Positions 58,646 through 64,000 of a stretch of DNA of 64,000 nt are shown one piece after another. The stretch is taken from positions 2,752,001 to 2,816,000 of the forward strand of contig CBDANF010000003.1 of NCBI GenBank assembly GCA_965197475.1. Direction: 5' to 3'. The notes beneath the pieces are model-generated. The model ran no database searches. It saw only the letters and a program-made list of their open reading frames with translations, and was not told the DNA's origin. The translations under genes and the position numbers were made by a program. The stretch is from Candidatus Poribacteria bacterium (GTDB lineage: Bacteria; Poribacteria; WGA-4E; WGA-3G). Every line of letters starts with the position of its first letter. Position 1 is the first letter of the stretch.

Positions 58646-58833
58646 GAGGGGTGTGCATAAATAATTCAATGTAAAATGTACGCTTAAAGGTAGTAGGCAC
58701 GCTCCGCGTGCCGCAACCAAATTCGAAGAGGCGCAATAAATTGCGCGACTACAAACGCACTTCTACAAATGAAGCGGCACCTGAAATGCGTTCCTGTCTG
58801 TGTTGCTGCACCAACTAATTATGCACACCCCTC
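58646..58833. mobile_element. MITE-like element enclosing REP-like units
   Basis: Perfect 15-bp TIR gaggggtgtgcataa/ttatgcacacccctc; internal gtaggcacgctccgcgtgcc and gcgcaataaattgcgcgactac. Confidence 0.7.
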
Positions 58834-58982
58834 AATTAACTTTACAAAATGAACCCACTAAAATAGTTAAACTTAAATGAAAATTGTTACAGCAGTTCAA
58901 AGGAGGATATATTGAAGTATTCAAAATTGCTGATTTTTCTGGGAATCGGTTGTGTAGTAGGTTTACTACTTGTATTTGGGGT

Positions 58983-59073
58983 GGCTCATGTAAAGAATGA
59001 GTGCTAATAAAAAGTTTAACCCGCGTGGCCATTACCTTCATTAAAAACAAACGCATACACTTTTACATGAGCG
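58983..59073. repeat. ~95-bp hairpin element, copy 2
   Basis: gctcatgtaaa/tttacatgagc termini. Confidence 0.75.
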
Positions 59074-59181
59074 TCGGTATATTTGTGAGTAGGTTCTAAT
59101 TAAAACTTGAAGGATAGTCGTTTTTGTGATATACTTCTGAAAAAACGGTTATCCTTCATTTTTTTAAGAGGTTTGAGTTTC

Positions 59182-60183
59182 ATGAAAGGACAACGGGTTA
59201 TTTGGCCGAGTCGCGCTAAAGTTGACATTGAAGAGTTTGAATTACCGACTATCAAAGACGATGAAGTTCTGGTCGCAACAGAAACCACACTTATCAGCCC
59301 GGGTACAGAACGAGCGTTTTTATTAGGGCTTCCGAACGCACAAGGCAGATATCCGTCGCGACCGGGCTATAGCAATATCGGCAAAGTGGTAGCGGTCGGA
59401 AAAGATGTCAGCGGATTTACGGAAGGTGAGCGCGTCGCTTCAACACAAGGACACACCAGCCACTTTGTTGCATCACCGAATCGGTTATTAAAGGTAGAAT
59501 CATCTGACACACCAGTCGAAGAAGCAGTCTTTTTTAATCTCAGTGCCATTGCACTACAAGGGGTACGGAAAGCACAAATCGAATTGGGAGAAGCAACGTT
59601 GGTCATAGGGCAAGGACTCATCGGGTTACTTGCATTGCAACTCTCGAAACTGAGTGGGGCGGTACCAGTAATTGCAGCAGATTTAACCGATAGTCGCCTT
59701 GAACTTTCTAAAAGCGTTGGCGCAGACTACATGCTAAATCCTGAAGATGCGAATTTTTCCGAGCGGTTAACTGGTGCTACCATGGGCAAAGGTCCGACAG
59801 TTGTTATTGAGGCAACAGGGCATCCAGATGCAATTAGCACCGCTTTGGATGTAGCAGGTTGGGGCGCACGGGTTGTGTTGTTAGCGAGCACGCGTGGGGA
59901 AACACCGAGTGTTAATTTCTATCGTGATGTACATAAAAAAGGGCTAATTCTTTATGGTGCACATAACTCTATTCGTCCGCGTGAAGAATCATCACCGAAT
60001 TTCTGGACGAGTGAAGACGACAGTCGATTGATGTTATCGCTTATTGCACAGAAACGGTTCATCGTTGCGCCGTTAATAAGCCATCGGGTGCCAGGACACG
60101 AAGCACCGAAGGCGTATCAATTGCTTATGGAGTGGAATCCTGGACTACTTGGCGTTGTTCTTCAGTGGAACAGCGGTATGTAG
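59182..60183 (+). CDS. MDR-superfamily alcohol/sugar dehydrogenase
   Basis: ISPGTE, PGYSNIG, GQGLIG, VIEATG. Confidence 0.88.
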   Translation: MKGQRVIWPSRAKVDIEEFELPTIKDDEVLVATETTLISPGTERAFLLGLPNAQGRYPSRPGYSNIGKVVAVGKDVSGFTEGERVASTQGHTSHFVASPNRLLKVESSDTPVEEAVFFNLSAIALQGVRKAQIELGEATLVIGQGLIGLLALQLSKLSGAVPVIAADLTDSRLELSKSVGADYMLNPEDANFSERLTGATMGKGPTVVIEATGHPDAISTALDVAGWGARVVLLASTRGETPSVNFYRDVHKKGLILYGAHNSIRPREESSPNFWTSEDDSRLMLSLIAQKRFIVAPLISHRVPGHEAPKAYQLLMEWNPGLLGVVLQWNSGM

Positions 60184-60211
60184 GAATACTTTCAGTTACT
60201 AAAGGAAACAG

Positions 60212-62308
60212 ATGGCACGCGAATATCCAATAGAAAATGTGCGTAACATCGGTATTGCAGCGCACATTGACGCAGGTAAAACAACGACTACCGAACGAAT
60301 TCTTTTCTATACCGGTAAAAAACATAAACTTGGCACGGTAGATGATGGCACGACTGAGATGGATTGGATGGTGCAGGAACGGGAACGCGGCGTAACAATC
60401 ACTGCCGCTGCAACGACCTGCTTCTGGCAAGACCATGCGATACATCTGATTGATACACCAGGGCACGTTGATTTCACTGTAGAGGTGGAACGTTCATTGC
60501 GGGTTTTAGATGGTGCCATCGCGCTTTTCTGTGCTGTCGGCGGTGTAGAGCCGCAATCCGAAACGGTGTGGAATCAAGCAGAACGTTACGAGATACCGCG
60601 CATCGCATTCGTTAATAAAATGGATAGAGTTGGCGCGAATTTTTCACGTGTTCTTGAGATGATGGCGGAACGACTCGGGACAAACCCTGTACCGTTGCAG
60701 ATACCGCTCGGTGAAGGGCGTGATTTTGCGGGAGTAATTGATCTTATTTCAAGGCAAGCGATTCACTGGAATGCTGACGACCAAGGAAAAACATACGAGG
60801 AAGTTGAAATCCCACCCGAATTCCAGGAAGCAGCGGATATCGCTCGCGAATCTCTTATAGAAAATGTGGCAACTGAAGATGATAGCCTTCTTGAAAAATA
60901 TCTTGAAGGCAATGAGATATCTGGTGACGAATTAATTGCAGGCATTCGAAACGCCACACTGAAAGGGAGTTTAGTGCCAGTCCTTTGTGGAAGTTCCCTT
61001 AAGAATCAAGGGGTTCAACCGCTCCTCAATGCGGTTGTTGATTTTTTGCCTTCCCCAGTTGATGTGCCGCCGATTGAAGGTGAGATTCCGAAACCTTCTA
61101 AAGGAAAATCTTCCAAACGTGATAGTTCCCATACTACGGATAAAGCGGTTCGTCATGCAGACGACACCGAACCTTTTTCTGCATTAGCATTTAAGGTGGC
61201 AAGTCATGACACTGTAGATAAATTAGTTTATTGCCGCGTCTATTCCGGCACCCTCAAACGCGGGGCAGTCGTGTATAATGTCGCAACAGAGAAACGGGAA
61301 CGTGTCAATCGCATTTTTCAGATGCACGCCAATAAAGAGGCGAGTTGTGATGCCGCTTACGCAGGCGACATTGTCGCACTTGTCGGGATGCGTAATACGA
61401 AGACAGGCCACACGTTGAGCGATATTAATAACCCGCTTTTGCTTGAACCGATTGAATTTCCGCCGCCAGTTATCTCTATTGCGATTGAACCTGAACGCGC
61501 CAGTGATACAGACGCATTGGAGGAAACGCTTGAAAAACTTATGGACGAAGACCCGACTTTCACTGTCGGTATTGATAAAGAGACTGGACAACGGATTATT
61601 TCTGGTATGGGTGAACTCCACTTAGAAATCCTCACTGACCGCATGATCCGAGAATTTGGTGTGAACGCGCGAGTGAGTAAGTTACAAGTAGCATATCGCG
61701 AGACGATTAGCAGCACTGCTGAGGCACGCGGAACACATATCTATAAAACGGATGAGGAAGGTATATATGGCGATGTGCTGCTTACGGTCGCACCGTTGGA
61801 ACGAGGTAGTGGTTTTGAGTTTGAGGACAAAACTAATGAAACACAGATTCCACGTCAGTATATTCCGTCTATTCAGAACGTCCTTGAAGGTGCATTAGGT
61901 ACCGGCGCACTGATGGGATATCCACTCCAAGATATCAAGGTGACGCTCACTGGTGGTTCCACGCATCCTACCGATTCTTCAGAGATAGCATTTGAAGGGG
62001 CAGCTGTGCTCGCTTTTGAAAAAGCTGTCAAGCTGGCGAATCCACTGCTCCTTGAACCGGTTATGCAGATGCACATCACTGTGTCAGATGAACATATCGG
62101 AAAAGTGATCGGTGATCTAAATTCTCGTCGTGCGCAAATCAACGAGACAACTTCTCAAGATACGTCTAACATCATCAATGCCATCATTCCGCTTGCAGAG
62201 ACGTTTCAATATACAACCCGCCTCCGTTCTATGACACAGGGACGTGGGACATTTTCATTGGAATTTTCACATTACGAAGTAGCACCATCGTCTCTCAGCA
62301 CTTCTTAA
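60212..62308 (+). CDS. fusA: Elongation factor G homologue
   Basis: [44 protein letters not shown]. Confidence 0.93.
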   Translation: MAREYPIENVRNIGIAAHIDAGKTTTTERILFYTGKKHKLGTVDDGTTEMDWMVQERERGVTITAAATTCFWQDHAIHLIDTPGHVDFTVEVERSLRVLDGAIALFCAVGGVEPQSETVWNQAERYEIPRIAFVNKMDRVGANFSRVLEMMAERLGTNPVPLQIPLGEGRDFAGVIDLISRQAIHWNADDQGKTYEEVEIPPEFQEAADIARESLIENVATEDDSLLEKYLEGNEISGDELIAGIRNATLKGSLVPVLCGSSLKNQGVQPLLNAVVDFLPSPVDVPPIEGEIPKPSKGKSSKRDSSHTTDKAVRHADDTEPFSALAFKVASHDTVDKLVYCRVYSGTLKRGAVVYNVATEKRERVNRIFQMHANKEASCDAAYAGDIVALVGMRNTKTGHTLSDINNPLLLEPIEFPPPVISIAIEPERASDTDALEETLEKLMDEDPTFTVGIDKETGQRIISGMGELHLEILTDRMIREFGVNARVSKLQVAYRETISSTAEARGTHIYKTDEEGIYGDVLLTVAPLERGSGFEFEDKTNETQIPRQYIPSIQNVLEGALGTGALMGYPLQDIKVTLTGGSTHPTDSSEIAFEGAAVLAFEKAVKLANPLLLEPVMQMHITVSDEHIGKVIGDLNSRRAQINETTSQDTSNIINAIIPLAETFQYTTRLRSMTQGRGTFSLEFSHYEVAPSSLSTS

Positions 62309-62318
62309 GCCAACCTAA

Positions 62319-62726
62319 TCAAGATTCGCTGAAAACTTCCATTCCTGCTGAACCATCCGCAATTTGCCGAATCTGCTTCTCAAAACCGGGCGGCGAAAGC
62401 GTCCATGTTATCCAGAGCGGTTCATCGCCAGTATTGACGAAGCGATGTTCAACGTTTGGTGGAATATAAATTACCGCGCCGACTTTTAAGTCAGCAACCT
62501 CATTATCAACGAACGCCTTCCCTTTCCCGCCGAACACAAAAATAATTTCCTCTGCTTCGCTGTGTGAATGCATCGGAATCTCGCTATTCGGATCAATTTC
62601 CTCTAATCCCATCGCAAAATGCTCTGTATTCCGGGTATTCGGTTCAATGAGCGTATATAGTGTTCTTGGCGCATCGCCTTCGATCCGGACCACTTCGGCA
62701 TCCTCTTTGTGGTAAATATATTTCAT
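62319..62726 (-). CDS. Cupin domain protein
   Basis: HSHSEAEE..IPPNVEHRFVN; ATG 62726 after AAGGGG. Confidence 0.88.
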   Translation of the reverse strand: MKYIYHKEDAEVVRIEGDAPRTLYTLIEPNTRNTEHFAMGLEEIDPNSEIPMHSHSEAEEIIFVFGGKGKAFVDNEVADLKVGAVIYIPPNVEHRFVNTGDEPLWITWTLSPPGFEKQIRQIADGSAGMEVFSES

Positions 62727-62937
62727 AGTTTTCCCCTTCCGCTGTGCTAAATACATCATAATGAACAACACTATTAATGGTAATAAATTTGGGTTACTAT
62801 AGCACAATATAACTTATTTTTCATAAATCCTATAAAAAAAATGAAAAAAATTTAGAATTTTATGAGAGGTTCACCCACAATTCGCATTCATTAAGTTCAA
62901 AGACACAAAATCCTCATCGGCAGACAAAGGGCTGCCC

Positions 62938-63645
62938 ATGAATGACAACGTAAAATTGTGGAATGATGAACAACATCAAGCACGGAATGCGGAATTAGTT
63001 TACCAAATTCTTCAATCTAACGATAAAGAGGTTATTGATTTTGCTACGACTGAGTTTTATACGTTAAATAGTCAGATCATCTATAATTTTATCCTCAAGA
63101 GATTAAGAGATGCAGGAAATAGGTGTGATGCTGAGGAACTTACCAACGACACGTTCCAAAGAACATTTGAGTACCTGCATACAGTCAAAGAACCAGAGAG
63201 GGTTTTGAATTGGATGTACACTGTAGCCAGACAACGTGTAGCAGCGTGGTATAGAGAGAAAGAGAACAAGCAACGCTTACAGTCGCAATCCTTTTCTGAT
63301 GTTTCTGAATTTGACATGGGTAATGTATCTATCAGTGCACACCAAGAGGCACAAGAGCGAGAAATGGACGAGATCCGACGCGAAAAACAACTACAGGCAA
63401 TTGAACAATTGCCTGTATTAGATCGGCGGATCCTCTACATGCGACTTGAAGATAAAAGTTATGAGGAAATTTACGCAGAATTACGCGACGCTTTTCCTTC
63501 GTTGAAGCCTTCCTCCGTGCGGAATCGCGTATCTCGGGCAAAGAAAATTTTAAGGAAATGGATGGCAGCTTGGGAAGAAGCGGACGCTGAAGGATATGAC
63601 CTGGAATTCTCCGAGTTTACGGAAAATCAACAGAAAAAGAAGTAG
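62938..63645 (+). CDS. ECF-type RNA polymerase sigma factor (stand-alone)
   Basis: DAEELTNDTF, WMYTVAR, SYEEI..SVRNRVSRAK. Confidence 0.85.
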   Translation: MNDNVKLWNDEQHQARNAELVYQILQSNDKEVIDFATTEFYTLNSQIIYNFILKRLRDAGNRCDAEELTNDTFQRTFEYLHTVKEPERVLNWMYTVARQRVAAWYREKENKQRLQSQSFSDVSEFDMGNVSISAHQEAQEREMDEIRREKQLQAIEQLPVLDRRILYMRLEDKSYEEIYAELRDAFPSLKPSSVRNRVSRAKKILRKWMAAWEEADAEGYDLEFSEFTENQQKKK

Positions 63646-63830
63646 TTTTACTATTTGGTTGATTTTAACTTCAGAAAAAGTGTATAATTGAGGCAATTAT
63701 TGCCTCCTGAAATGCCCGCGGTTCTTTTTCACCCACAGAAAAGAGGGCAAGTCCAATTTGAACGAATTAACATAAGGAGGTGGACAATGAAACATCTCAA
63801 ACAGCAACGTTGGGACCAGGTAATGATTTA

Positions 63831-64000
63831 CGCAATGAGTAGTTTTGGACTTGAGAAAAATTTTAAAAAATCGCTATAAAGCCTTGTGTCCACTGGGTTT
63901 ATCGGTGGCGAGGTAAACCTGTGTGTCCGCATTGTGAAAGCGATCATATAGGAGAACGGACAGAAACAGAAATCGGTCGTATCGGTCGTTGGAACTGCCA
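63831..64000 (+). mobile_element. Second IS1595-family copy, internally deleted, runs off the window
   Basis: cgcaatgagtagttttggacttg matches the TIR at 34536; then RWRGKPVCPHCESDHIGERTETEIGRIGRWNC with no start codon. Confidence 0.85.

Noticed and set aside
820-63541. Numerous short antisense or alternate-frame ORFs in the track
   Set aside because: They shadow well-supported genes and show no recognisable motifs.

Overview
Bacterial genomic window whose gene content (ECF sigma factors fused to beta-propellers, many secreted WD40/dockerin proteins with an LPEGA-x-x-R N-terminal motif, a decayed NYxNPFNPET tail) suggests Candidatus Poribacteria or a similar lineage; this is inference only. 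Left to right: a MoxR/DUF58/VWA operon split by a ~5.5 kb accessory insert containing an IS5; a frameshifted IS630; a tandem array of five ~1000-aa proteins built as ECF sigma factor + transmembrane helix + extracytoplasmic beta-propeller (15.7-32.3 kb); GH32; yjbQ; an IS1595 carrying passenger genes and a putative pseudoknotted RNA; a WD40-TPR protein; folK and the fab/rpmF cluster; hom; tRNA-Pro(GGG); secreted metalloprotease and WD40-dockerin genes; degP; an EF-G homologue; a further ECF sigma factor; and a second, deleted IS1595. The best candidate for an undescribed system is the sigma-propeller array: putative one-component transmembrane receptors with a shared ECF-type promoter motif, whose sigma, linker and sensor modules appear to have been shuffled by recombination. 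Intergenic DNA is rich in GTAG-type REPs, often nested within MITE-like inverted repeats. All family assignments are by motif recognition; no database searches were run.
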